Made by a program: the position numbers and the translations under genes. From contig NC_009664.2 in NCBI RefSeq assembly GCF_000017305.1, forward strand, positions 2,610,001-2,642,000: a DNA stretch of 32,000 nt, in the 5' to 3' direction. The DNA comes from Kineococcus radiotolerans SRS30216 = ATCC BAA-149. Its GTDB lineage: Bacteria; Actinomycetota; Actinomycetes; Actinomycetales; Kineococcaceae. A model generated the notes under the pieces. That model did not search any database. It was given only the letters and a program-made list of their open reading frames with translations, and was not told where the DNA came from. Within the stretch, counting starts at the first letter, position 1. Every line of letters begins with the position of its first letter. Shown here piece after piece: positions 24,152 through 31,886 of the stretch.

Positions 24152-25402
24152 TCAGGCGTCGCCGGTGGTGACGGCCTGCGCCTCGGCGGGGGTGTGCGGG
24201 GCGGGGTCGGCGTGCACGACGACGAGGTGGCGCCGTCCGCCGAGCAGCACCGCGAGCCCCACGAGGACGCCGAAGGCGCCCAGGACGAACGGCGACCAGT
24301 CGGTGAAGGCCTCGCCGAGCTCCCCGGCCGCCCAGGCCGCGATGGCGCCGCCGAGGAACCGGACGAAGGAGTACGCGGCCGACGCCGTGGAGCGCTGGAC
24401 GGGGGACACCTCCATGACGAGCTCGGTGACGATGGTGTTGTTCACGCCCAGGAACAGCCCGGCCACGACCGTGCCCACGACCAGGACCGGCTTCACGTCG
24501 ACGAACGCGGCCTCGACCAGCAGGACGAGGGCGAACAGCGCGAGCATCGTCGCCACGACGGGGACCGTCCCGAACCGGCGCTGCAGGCGCGGTGCGAGGA
24601 CGACCGAGGCGATCGCCAGGCACAGGCCCCAGCCGAAGAACACGAACCCCAACCGGATCGGGGAGGAGATCTCCAGGGCGAAGGGGGTGTAGGCGAGCAG
24701 GGTGAAGAACCCGAAGTTGTAGAGGAAGGCCATGGCGGCGACGGTGCGCAGGCCGCGGTGGCCCAGCGCGCGGAGCGGGTCGGAGACCGACACCCGGACC
24801 GCGGGCCGCGGCGTCGCGGGCAGCAGCGTCGCGATGGCGGTGAAGGCGACGGCCATGAGCACCGCGGTGCCGAAGAACGGCCCGCGCCAGGAGACCTCCC
24901 CGAGCAGGCCGCCCACGAGGGGGCCGGCGGCGATGCCGAGACCGAGGGCCGCCTCGTAGAGGATGATCGCATTCGCCATCCCGCCGCTGGCGGCGCCGAC
25001 GATCGTGGCGAGCGCGGTCGCGATGAACAGGGAGTTCCCCAGGCCCCAGCCCGCGCGGAACCCGACGATCTCGCCGATGGAGCCGGAGGACCCGGCGAGG
25101 GCGGCGAAGACGACGATGAGGGCGAGACCGGCCAGGAGGGTCTTCTTGGCCCCGTGGCGGCTGGAGACCCAGCCGGTGAGCAGCATCGCGAGACCCGTGA
25201 TGCCCAGGTAGGACGTGAACAGCAGCAGGGTCTGGGCCTTGGTGGCCCCCAGCTGCCCGGCGATGGCGGGCAGGATGGGGTCGACGAGCCCGATGCCCAT
25301 GAACGAGACGACGGCGGCGAAGGCGACGGCCCAGACGGCGACGGGCTGCTTGAGCAGGCCGGGTCTCGCGTCGGTGGTCACGCCGGTGTCGGAGGACGGC
25401 AC
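24152..25402 (-). CDS. MFS transporter (12-TMS type)
   Basis: ORF track 416 aa. GTG 25402 is preceded by GGAAGGAG. It is a polytopic protein with an MFS motif-A-like stretch, GWVSSRHGAKKTLLAGL. Its start overlaps the end of the upstream marR by 25 nt. Confidence 0.9.
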   Translation of the reverse strand: MPSSDTGVTTDARPGLLKQPVAVWAVAFAAVVSFMGIGLVDPILPAIAGQLGATKAQTLLLFTSYLGITGLAMLLTGWVSSRHGAKKTLLAGLALIVVFAALAGSSGSIGEIVGFRAGWGLGNSLFIATALATIVGAASGGMANAIILYEAALGLGIAAGPLVGGLLGEVSWRGPFFGTAVLMAVAFTAIATLLPATPRPAVRVSVSDPLRALGHRGLRTVAAMAFLYNFGFFTLLAYTPFALEISSPIRLGFVFFGWGLCLAIASVVLAPRLQRRFGTVPVVATMLALFALVLLVEAAFVDVKPVLVVGTVVAGLFLGVNNTIVTELVMEVSPVQRSTASAAYSFVRFLGGAIAAWAAGELGEAFTDWSPFVLGAFGVLVGLAVLLGGRRHLVVVHADPAPHTPAEAQAVTTGDA

Positions 25403-25869
25403 GGCACTCCTTCCGGGAGGTCCTGGTGGGGGTGGGCGCAGGCGCGGACCGACCCGGTGAGCCCTTCGAGGATCGAGGTGAGCTGCCCGAGGTCGGCCGC
25501 GGCGGCGGGGTCGAGGTGGTGGACGGCGCGGGCGAGCGGCTCGCGCAGCAGCGCGCGGTGGTGGGCGAGCTCGTCGAGACCGGTGGGGGTCGCGGTCACG
25601 GGGACGGCCCGGGCGTCGGCGGGGTCGGGCCCGCGGGCCACGTGGCCCGCGGTGACCAGGCGGGTGAGCGGCCCGGTCGTGCTCGGCTGGGCGCAGTGCT
25701 CGAGCTCGGCGAGGCGGCTGACGCGCAGCGGCCCGTCCCGGTCGAGGTGGGCGAGGACGCGGGCTTGGGCCAGGGAGAGGTGGGTGCCGGCTGCGGCCGC
25801 CGTGCTCGCCCGGGTCAGGTCCGCGCAGGCGAGGAGCAGGCGCTGGGCCAACTCCTCGAATGGTTGCAT
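25378..25869 (-). CDS. MarR-family transcriptional regulator (first gene of the marR-MFS operon)
   Basis: In frame with the 262-aa ORF 25378..26166, but only the part from ATG 25869 (MQPFEELAQRLL...) looks like protein. The wHTH reads LSLAQARVLAHLDRDGPLRVSRLAELEHCAQPSTTGPLTRLVTAGHVAR. The upstream part is Arg/Ser/Pro junk. Confidence 0.85.
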   Translation of the reverse strand: MQPFEELAQRLLLACADLTRASTAAAAGTHLSLAQARVLAHLDRDGPLRVSRLAELEHCAQPSTTGPLTRLVTAGHVARGPDPADARAVPVTATPTGLDELAHHRALLREPLARAVHHLDPAAAADLGQLTSILEGLTGSVRACAHPHQDLPEGVPCRPPTPA

Positions 25870-25875
25870 GGGGAC

Positions 25876-25881
25876 ACTATA
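25876..25881 (-). promoter_or_regulatory. -10-like hexamer TATAGT 6 nt upstream of the marR ATG; suggests a leaderless mRNA
   Basis: The minus strand reads GGAATATAGT-gtcccc-ATG. This is the most AT-rich spot of the neighbourhood. The GGAGGA string further upstream is 13 nt from the ATG. Confidence 0.45.
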
Positions 25882-25957
25882 TTCCTCCGTCGGCGACACG
25901 TCGCGGCGCAGCACCCGTGGACGTGACAGGGCCGGGCCCCCGTGGTGAGCTGGACCG

Positions 25958-26155
25958 GTGAGCGAGGAGCAGCCGGGTGAGCCGGTCGAGCGGGCCGGTG
26001 GGGACGAGTCCGGGGACGGACGGCGACGCCGCGAGGACCGGCGCAGCCTCATCGACCTGACCCGCGCCGAGCGCGGCGAGCCCGAGCGCCGCCGGCTGCC
26101 CGGGGTCGAGCGCCGCAGTCCCGACGACCACCCCGACGGCGCCCCGGGCGCCTGA
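25958..26155 (+). CDS. Doubtful small ORF: 65-aa highly charged (Glu/Arg/Asp/Pro/Gly-rich) hypothetical protein
   Basis: ORF track 65 aa. By my count GC3 is about 92%, but GC1 is also about 91%, so the in-register antisense ORF 25877..26131(-) is equally compatible. It has no clear SD. Its stop abuts the hairpin at 26156. It is low complexity with no motif I recognise. Confidence 0.3.
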   Translation: MSEEQPGEPVERAGGDESGDGRRRREDRRSLIDLTRAERGEPERRRLPGVERRSPDDHPDGAPGA

Positions 26156-26175
26156 GGGCCCGGCACGCCGGGCCC
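26156..26175. terminator. Perfect hairpin GGGCCCGG-cacg-CCGGGCCC directly after the trkA stop codon
   Basis: An 8-bp G/C stem plus tetraloop, read directly. It occupies essentially the whole gap between TGA 26153-26155 (+) and the trkA stop at 26177-26179 (-). Confidence 0.6.
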
Positions 26176-26176
26176 G

Positions 26177-26854
26177 TCAGGCCAGCGCCGAGAACGCCTC
26201 CACGTCCCGGATCTGCCCCGAGACGATGATCACGTCGTCGGCGGAGAGCACCGTCTCGGGGGTCGCGTAGGTGAAGCCCGACCCCGGGCTGTGGTGGGCC
26301 ACGACCGTCACCCGGTAGGTGCTGCGCAGCTTCGCCTGGCCCAGGCTCTTGCCGACGATGGGGGCCGGCGGGGTCGTCTTGACCATCGCGTACCCGTCGT
26401 CGAACTCGATGTAGTCCAGCATCCGACCTCGCACCAGGTGCGCGACCCGCAGCCCCATCTCGTGCTCGGGGCGGATGACCTTGTGCGCCCCGAGCTGGGT
26501 GAGGATCCGGGCGTGGGACTCGCTGATGGCCTTCGCCCACACGTTGCGGATGCCGAACTGCAGCAGCACCGACACGGTGAGGATGCTGGCCTCCAGGTTC
26601 GTCCCGATGCCGACGACGGCCCGGTCGAACTCGTGGACGGACAGCTGCCGCAGCGCCTCCTCCTTGGTGGAGTCGGCGACGACGGCGTGCGTGAGCGAAC
26701 CGGCCAGCTCGTCCACCAGGGCCGGGTCGTTGTCGATGCCGAGGACGTCGACCTGACCGTCCTCCATGAGCTCCAGCGCCAGCGACCGCCCGAACCGGCC
26801 CAGGCCGATCACGACGACGGAGCGGGGGCTCGCCAGAGCCGAGCGCCTAGCCAA
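26177..26854 (-). CDS. TrkA/KtrA-type potassium-uptake regulatory subunit (RCK_N + RCK_C)
   Basis: ORF track 225 aa. The TTG start at 26854 is preceded by AAGGGAG and overlaps the trkH end by 8 nt. Rossmann motif VVVIGLGRFGRSLALEL is present, and the RCK_C-like C-terminus reads GKSLGQAKLRSTYRVTVVAH. Confidence 0.9.
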   Translation of the reverse strand: MARRSALASPRSVVVIGLGRFGRSLALELMEDGQVDVLGIDNDPALVDELAGSLTHAVVADSTKEEALRQLSVHEFDRAVVGIGTNLEASILTVSVLLQFGIRNVWAKAISESHARILTQLGAHKVIRPEHEMGLRVAHLVRGRMLDYIEFDDGYAMVKTTPPAPIVGKSLGQAKLRSTYRVTVVAHHSPGSGFTYATPETVLSADDVIIVSGQIRDVEAFSALA

Positions 26855-28199
26855 TGATCGGTCTCCCTTCGGGGTACTCGTACATGCGGGTCCGTTCGCG
26901 CAGCGCCAGCGCCGCGCCCAGGGTGATCGGCCCGAGGCGGCCGAGGAACATGAGGAACGCCAGGATGACCTGCCCGGACTCGGGCAGCTGCACCAGCAGC
27001 CCCGAGGACAGCCCGACGGTGGCGAAGGCGGAGATGACCTCGAAGACGACCATGTCCAGCGGGGCGCGGGTCATCTCGACGAGCACGATGGTGGCGACGA
27101 CGACCGCGGCCACCGAGACCAGCGCCACCGTGAGGGCCTGCCGGACGACGCGGTCGGGCACCCGGCGCCCGAAGACGCTCACCGTCGGCTCGCCGCGGAA
27201 CTCCGCGTAGAGGGCCACGGCGAGCAGCGCGAAGGTGGTGACCTTGATGCCGCCGGCGGTGCTGGCCGACCCGCCGCCGATGAACATGAGGACGTCCATC
27301 ACCAGCCAGGACCCGCCGTTCATCTGGGTGATGTCGATGGAGTTGAACCCCGAGCTGCGGGTCGCGGCGGCCTGGAACAACCCGGCGAGGGGGCGGGCCC
27401 ACCAGTCCAGCCGGGCGAGGGTGGCGGGGTTGCTCCACTCGTTGAGGGTGAGGAAGACCCAGCCGACGAGCAGCAGCGGGATCGTCGTGGCCAGGGTGAG
27501 CCGGGTGTGCAGGGACCAGCGCCGCGGCACCCGGAACTGCCGGCGCAGCTCCAGCAGGACGGGGAAGCCCAGCCCGCCCAGGAGGGAGGCGGCCACGACG
27601 GGCAGGCACATCCACGGGTCGGACACGAAGTCCGTCATGCTGTTGCCGCGCAGCACGAAACCGGCGTTGTTGAAGGAGGAGACGGCCAGGAACGTCCCCT
27701 CCCACAGGGCGGAGGTGAGCGGGCGGTCGTAGCCGGCGAGCAGCCGGCTGCTGAGCGCCACGGCCGTCACCAGCTCCACGACGACCGAGACGCGCACGAC
27801 GCCCAGCAGGACCGTCCGGACGTCGCCGAGGTCGAGCCCGCGCGACTCGGTGGCCGTCAGCATCCGCGAGCGCAGCCCGAGGCGCCGGGAGGCGAACACG
27901 CCGAGCAGCGAGGCGGAGGTCATGATGCCGAACCCGCCGACCTGGGCCAGGGCGAGGATGACGACGAGCCCGAAGTTGGACCAGTGCTCGCGGGTGTCGA
28001 CCACGACGTGGCCGGTCACGCACAGCGCGCTGACCGCGGTGAACAGCGCCTCCACGAACGTCGCCGCGCCGGGGCCGCGGCGGGCGACGGGCAGCCACAG
28101 CAGCGAGGTCCCCACGACGACGACGGCGGCGAAGGCGAGGGCCACCACCTGGGCGGGGTGGCGCATGATGCGCGGGCGACGCGGGGAACTGACGTCCAC
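26847..28199 (-). CDS. TrkH/KtrB-family potassium transporter membrane subunit
   Basis: In frame with ORF 26847..28229. I favour GTG 28199, preceded by GGAGG at a 7-nt spacing. Alternatives are GTG 28229 (longest) and ATG 28166. Signatures include AVSALCVTG, AQVGGFG, FNNAGF and GGSASTAGGIKV selectivity-filter-like glycine motifs. Confidence 0.87.
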   Translation of the reverse strand: MDVSSPRRPRIMRHPAQVVALAFAAVVVVGTSLLWLPVARRGPGAATFVEALFTAVSALCVTGHVVVDTREHWSNFGLVVILALAQVGGFGIMTSASLLGVFASRRLGLRSRMLTATESRGLDLGDVRTVLLGVVRVSVVVELVTAVALSSRLLAGYDRPLTSALWEGTFLAVSSFNNAGFVLRGNSMTDFVSDPWMCLPVVAASLLGGLGFPVLLELRRQFRVPRRWSLHTRLTLATTIPLLLVGWVFLTLNEWSNPATLARLDWWARPLAGLFQAAATRSSGFNSIDITQMNGGSWLVMDVLMFIGGGSASTAGGIKVTTFALLAVALYAEFRGEPTVSVFGRRVPDRVVRQALTVALVSVAAVVVATIVLVEMTRAPLDMVVFEVISAFATVGLSSGLLVQLPESGQVILAFLMFLGRLGPITLGAALALRERTRMYEYPEGRPIIG

Positions 28200-28278
28200 C
28201 GGCTGGGCCTCCGCACGCGTCGATCGCACGACGCGGGGTGCGCCGGCGCGCTCAGGCTACCCAGTCACCCGGACGGGG

Positions 28279-28746
28279 TCACTCCTCGTGCTCCTCGAGG
28301 GAGACCTCCAGCAGGTCCAGCAGGTCCTCGCGGCTGAAGAAGCGGGCGGAGTCCAGGGCGTTGGGGGTGCCGAGGTAGGGGTCGGCGTCGGCGGCCACGA
28401 GGGCGGCGACGACGTCGCGCTCGCCCTTGAAGACGGCCCCGGCCAGCGGGGTCTGCCCGCGGGCGTTGACGCGGTCGGGGTCGGCGCCGCGGTCGAGCAG
28501 GGCCACCACCGTGCGCGGGTGCCCGTGGTAGGCGGCGAGCATGACGAGGGAGTTGCCCTCGCTGTCCGTCGAGTTCACCGGGATCCCGAGGTCGAGGTAG
28601 CCGCACAGCTCCCGGGTGCGGCCGTTGCGGGCGTGCTCGAAGACGCGGTGCGCCAGTTCGAGGGCTCGTTCCTCGCCCTCGTCGGCCGGGCCGACTGGTT
28701 CGGCCCGGGGCGGCCCTGCCGGGGTCTCCTCGCGGCTCTCGGTCAC
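28279..28746 (-). CDS. Ankyrin-repeat protein
   Basis: In frame with ORF 28279..28845. The ANK consensus is visible: GNSLVMLAAYHGHPRTVVALLDRGADPDRVNARGQTPLAGAVFKGERDVVAALVAADADP. The start is uncertain: GTG 28746 chosen, while GTG 28845 would overlap the EAL gene by 44 nt, and neither has a good SD. Confidence 0.72.
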   Translation of the reverse strand: MTESREETPAGPPRAEPVGPADEGEERALELAHRVFEHARNGRTRELCGYLDLGIPVNSTDSEGNSLVMLAAYHGHPRTVVALLDRGADPDRVNARGQTPLAGAVFKGERDVVAALVAADADPYLGTPNALDSARFFSREDLLDLLEVSLEEHEE

Positions 28747-28801
28747 GCCGTCAGGGTAGGTCCGGGGCGCACCGGGCCGCACCCCGGCTGCGTGTCCCGC
28801 C

Positions 28802-30061
28802 TCAGGAGTCCCCCACCACGGCACCCACAGTGAGCATGGCACCACTCAGAGCAGCCAAGTAGGCGCGGGACACCTCGTAGACGGCGTGCCCGGTGCCGGT
28901 GATGGCGCAGGGCTCGTCCTCCTCGTAGGCCAGGACCGCCCGCAGCGCCGCCCCCGCCGGGCCGTGGCGCTGCACCAGCGCCTCGCGGACCGTGCCCGCC
29001 ACCCCCGTGGTGTCCACGAGGTCGGCCTCCGGCATCCCCAGGACCGAGGCCACCCCCGACAGCAGACCCACCGTGTAGGCGAGGTCGGCCACGGCGGGAG
29101 CCAGTCGGGCGCAGGCCGCCGCGCGCGCCAGGACCATCGTCAGGGACTCGGTGTCCACGCCGGTCACCCCGCCCAGCAGCATGAGGACGACCCAGGAGCA
29201 CAGCTGCTGGGGGCCCAGCATGACGATCGCCTGCCGCAGCGAGGTGATCTCGTTCTTCGTGCCCGTCGCCGCCGACACCACGGTCTTGAGGACGCGCAGG
29301 CTCAGCGCCGGGTCCGAGGCGACCAGGTCCTCGATCTCCCGGATCGGGACGTCGGTGCCGGTGAGGGCCCGCACCAGCTGCAGGCAGACCAGCTGCGAGG
29401 GCGTCAGGCTCACCGCCTCCAGCGTCACCGGGCGCTGCAGCCCGTACCCCTGGAACAGGTCCGCCCCCGCGGCCAGGCAGCGGGCGAACAGCGCGTCGTC
29501 CTCGATGCGCTCCACCACGACCAGCGCGTCCCGGCTGTGCTCGCGGGCCAGGGCGAGGACCTCGTCGAAGGCGTCCCCCGCGGCCGCGACGTCGATCTTG
29601 ACGTAGTCGGCCAGGCCGAGGGCCGGCAGCCGCCCCGGCTCGCCGATGAAGTCGTCCACGGCGATCCGGTAGCCCTGGTCCTTCAGGCGGCGCAGCCCCG
29701 CCATGACCTCCTCGTCGACCTCGATGTTCTCCAGCAGCTCCAGGACGACCTGGTGCGGCGGGAACGGGATCGGCAGCTCCCCGGTGAAGAAGCCGCGGGT
29801 CAGGTTGATGAACAGCGGCTTGTCCCCGGCGATCTGGCCGACCCCGAAGTCGCCGAAGGTGGCGCTGATGACCTGCGAGGTCGCGTGGTCCTGCTCCGCG
29901 CCCTCCGCCAGGTCCGCGCTCGCGCCGCCGTGGTTGCGGAAGAGCAGCTCGTAGGCGACCAGGGTGCGCCGCCGGTCGTAGATGCCCTGACGGCCCACGC
30001 GCACGGGGGCGACCGCGCCCGGGAACCCGGTGGCGACCACGGGCGGGGAGGGCCACGGCAC
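28802..30061 (-). CDS. EAL + HDOD domain signalling protein (COG3434/YuxH-like putative c-di-GMP phosphodiesterase)
   Basis: In frame with ORF 28802..30097. GTG 30061 is preceded by GAGGAGG at a 7-nt spacing. EAL-type residues are AYELLFR, FINLT, VLELLEN, AVDDF, VKID, VVERIED and FQGY. The HDOD-like half reads LVASDPALSLRVLKTVVSAATGTKNEITSLRQAIVMLG. Confidence 0.85.
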   Translation of the reverse strand: MPWPSPPVVATGFPGAVAPVRVGRQGIYDRRRTLVAYELLFRNHGGASADLAEGAEQDHATSQVISATFGDFGVGQIAGDKPLFINLTRGFFTGELPIPFPPHQVVLELLENIEVDEEVMAGLRRLKDQGYRIAVDDFIGEPGRLPALGLADYVKIDVAAAGDAFDEVLALAREHSRDALVVVERIEDDALFARCLAAGADLFQGYGLQRPVTLEAVSLTPSQLVCLQLVRALTGTDVPIREIEDLVASDPALSLRVLKTVVSAATGTKNEITSLRQAIVMLGPQQLCSWVVLMLLGGVTGVDTESLTMVLARAAACARLAPAVADLAYTVGLLSGVASVLGMPEADLVDTTGVAGTVREALVQRHGPAGAALRAVLAYEEDEPCAITGTGHAVYEVSRAYLAALSGAMLTVGAVVGDS

Positions 30062-30190
30062 GCGGGCACCTCCTCGCGTCGTCTCCACAGGCTTCACCCC
30101 TGTGTCAACGGCGTGTCGCGGGCGGTACTGAAGCGTTCGACCGCGGCCGCTGGGCCGAACGTGGACCCGGCACCCGGTACCGGGACGACC

Positions 30191-30766
30191 TCAGACCGCG
30201 GTGCGGTGGAAGCCGCGCGCCGAGCGGCTCGGCGTCGGCCCCCGCTGGCCCTGGTAGCGCGAGCCCGAGGCGTCGCTGCCGTAGGGGTTCTCCGCGGGGG
30301 AGGAGAGCTGGAAGAAGCAGAGCTGCCCGATCTTCATGCCCGGCCACAACGTGATGGGCAGCGTCGCCACGTTGGACAGCTCCAGGGTCACGTGGCCGGA
30401 GAAGCCCGCGTCGATGAAGCCCGCCGTGGAGTGCGTCAGCAGCCCCAGCCGGCCCAGGCTGCTCTTGCCCTCCAGGCGGGCGGAGACGTCGTCGGGCAGC
30501 GAGACGAGCTCGTAGGTCGAGCCCAGCACGAACTCGCCCGGGTGCAGGATGAACGGGTCCTCGGCGGGGACCTCGACCAGGCGGGTCAGGTCCGGCTGCT
30601 CCTGCGCCGGGTCGATCACGGAGTACTTGTGGTTGTCGAAGAGCCGGAAGAAGCGGTCCAGGCGCACGTCGACGCTGCTCGGCTGGACCATCGAGGGGTC
30701 GGACGGCTCGAGGACCACGCGGCCGGAGGCGAGCTGGGCACGGATGTCGCGGTCGGAGAGCAGCAC
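30191..30766 (-). CDS. dcd: dCTP deaminase
   Basis: In frame with ORF 30191..30775. The start is GTG 30766 ([12 protein letters not shown]..., matching the usual MLLSDRD N-terminus) or GTG 30775. Signatures are [41 protein letters not shown] and [10 protein letters not shown]. Confidence 0.93.
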   Translation of the reverse strand: MLLSDRDIRAQLASGRVVLEPSDPSMVQPSSVDVRLDRFFRLFDNHKYSVIDPAQEQPDLTRLVEVPAEDPFILHPGEFVLGSTYELVSLPDDVSARLEGKSSLGRLGLLTHSTAGFIDAGFSGHVTLELSNVATLPITLWPGMKIGQLCFFQLSSPAENPYGSDASGSRYQGQRGPTPSRSARGFHRTAV

Positions 30767-30809
30767 GGGCGTCACGGTACCGCCGCTCGCAGCACCCGTC
30801 CGCGTCCGT

Positions 30810-30815
30810 TACGAT
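30810..30815 (+). promoter_or_regulatory. Candidate -10 box TACGAT upstream of tRNA-Gly
   Basis: A TANNNT hexamer 29 nt upstream of the mature tRNA 5-prime end. There is no convincing -35. Confidence 0.3.
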
Positions 30816-30844
30816 GGTCCCGCCCAGTGCGATCCGCTGGGTGC

Positions 30845-30918
30845 GCGGGTGTAGTTCAATGGTAGAACTTCAGCTTCCCAAGCTGATAGTGCGAGTTCGA
30901 TTCTCGTCACCCGCTCCA
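30845..30918 (+). tRNA. tRNA-Gly (anticodon CCC), CCA end encoded
   Basis: I folded the cloverleaf by hand. Acceptor stem is GCGGGUG/CACCCGC. D arm is GUUC-AAUGGUA-GAAC. Anticodon arm is UCAGC-UUCCCAA-GCUGA. Variable region is UAGU. T arm is GCGAG-UUCGAUU-CUCGU. The discriminator is U, followed by CCA. Confidence 0.95.
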
Positions 30919-30920
30919 GC

Positions 30921-30955
30921 ACGAAGGCCCAGGTCCCGCGGACCTGGGCCTTCGT
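30921..30955. terminator. Strong bidirectional hairpin between tRNA-Gly (+) and the ferritin-like gene (-)
   Basis: ACGAAGGCCCAGGTCC / cgc / GGACCTGGGCCTTCGT forms a perfect 16-bp stem. It starts 3 nt after the tRNA CCA and ends 17 nt from the convergent stop codon. Confidence 0.7.
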
Positions 30956-30971
30956 CGTCCCCGGCCGCGCC

Positions 30972-31886
30972 TCACGCCGCCAGGACGGAGGCCCCCCGGC
31001 GCTCGCGGTACATCGCGGCGGCGTCGCGGAAGGCGGCCAGCGCGTACGCGGGGACCTGCAGCCCCTGCTGGTGCGCCCACAGCAGCTGGGTCTCCACCCG
31101 GGAGATGTCGCGCACGTTGCGCTCCAGCTCCTCGTCCAGGCCGAGCTCGACGACGACCCCGCCGAAGTCCGCGCGCTGCTCGCGCGTGCCCGCCCCGACG
31201 AGGCCGTAGCTGCGCGAGCGCAGCAGCCGGGCCAGGTGCAGCTGCCACCCGCTGATCGCCCCCGACTGCACCATCTCCTGCGCGCTGAGGCGGTAGAAGG
31301 CGAAGTGCCCCGGCTCCTGCACCTTGATCGCGTCCACGACCGTGCGTTTGACCGCGGTCTCGCCCATCTCGCCCAGGCCGTCGCTCATGGCCTGGTAGGC
31401 GAGCATCGCGGACTTCTCCGTCGCCGCGCCGGTCAGGTAGTAGAGCAGCCGGATGACCTCGTGGACGACGGGCAGGTGCGCCAGCGCGCCCAGGACGCGG
31501 ACCCGGGCGGGCACCTCGCCGGTGTTGGCGACGACCGGCGGCATCCCCAGGCGCTGGGTCAGGGTGTCCAGCAGGATCCCGTGGTGCTCCTCCTGCGGGC
31601 CCCACACGTCGGCGTAGAAGGCGCGGTCGGTGTCGCTGACGCCGGGGAGCAGGGTCGCGAGCTCCAGGACGTTGCGCTCGACCTCCATCTCCACCCGGGC
31701 CATGTACTCCATGACGTGCCCGAAGCGCTCCCGCACCGCGGCGGGGTCCACGAGGGAGTAGTCCGCCGACGCCAGGTCGACGGGGGGGTGGCGCTCGCCC
31801 AGGCGCTGGACGTGGTCGCGGATCCTGGTGGCCTCCGCGCGGGGTTCGGACATGGGGTGCGGCTCCTCGGTGGACGGGTTCGACAC
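30972..31886 (-). CDS. Ferritin-like diiron-carboxylate superfamily protein (acyl-ACP-desaturase-like four-helix bundle), function unknown
   Basis: ORF track 304 aa. The spacing of carboxylate/His motifs fits a diiron site: EMEVERN ... PQEEHHG (ExxH) ... TEKSAM ... QEPGHFAFY (ExxH). The start is GTG 31886 (GAAGGAAGG immediately upstream) or ATG 31853 (GAGGAG 9 nt upstream). Confidence 0.7.
   Translation of the reverse strand: MSNPSTEEPHPMSEPRAEATRIRDHVQRLGERHPPVDLASADYSLVDPAAVRERFGHVMEYMARVEMEVERNVLELATLLPGVSDTDRAFYADVWGPQEEHHGILLDTLTQRLGMPPVVANTGEVPARVRVLGALAHLPVVHEVIRLLYYLTGAATEKSAMLAYQAMSDGLGEMGETAVKRTVVDAIKVQEPGHFAFYRLSAQEMVQSGAISGWQLHLARLLRSRSYGLVGAGTREQRADFGGVVVELGLDEELERNVRDISRVETQLLWAHQQGLQVPAYALAAFRDAAAMYRERRGASVLAA

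Noticed and set aside
30104-30109. A perfect TTGACA -35 hexamer (minus strand) about 40 nt upstream of the EAL-HDOD start
   Set aside because: No TANNNT -10 element lies 16-19 nt downstream (the sequence there is GAGACG/AGACGA), so I cannot support a promoter call.
30173-30184. The 12-bp palindrome CCCGGTACCGGG just downstream of the dcd stop
   Set aside because: As a hairpin it gives only a 4-5-bp stem with a 2-4-nt loop. That is too weak to call a terminator or operator without further evidence.
28743-30865. ORFs 28743..30056(-), 437 aa, and 28886..30865(+), 659 aa
   Set aside because: Shadow frames over the EAL-HDOD and dcd genes with no recognisable domains.
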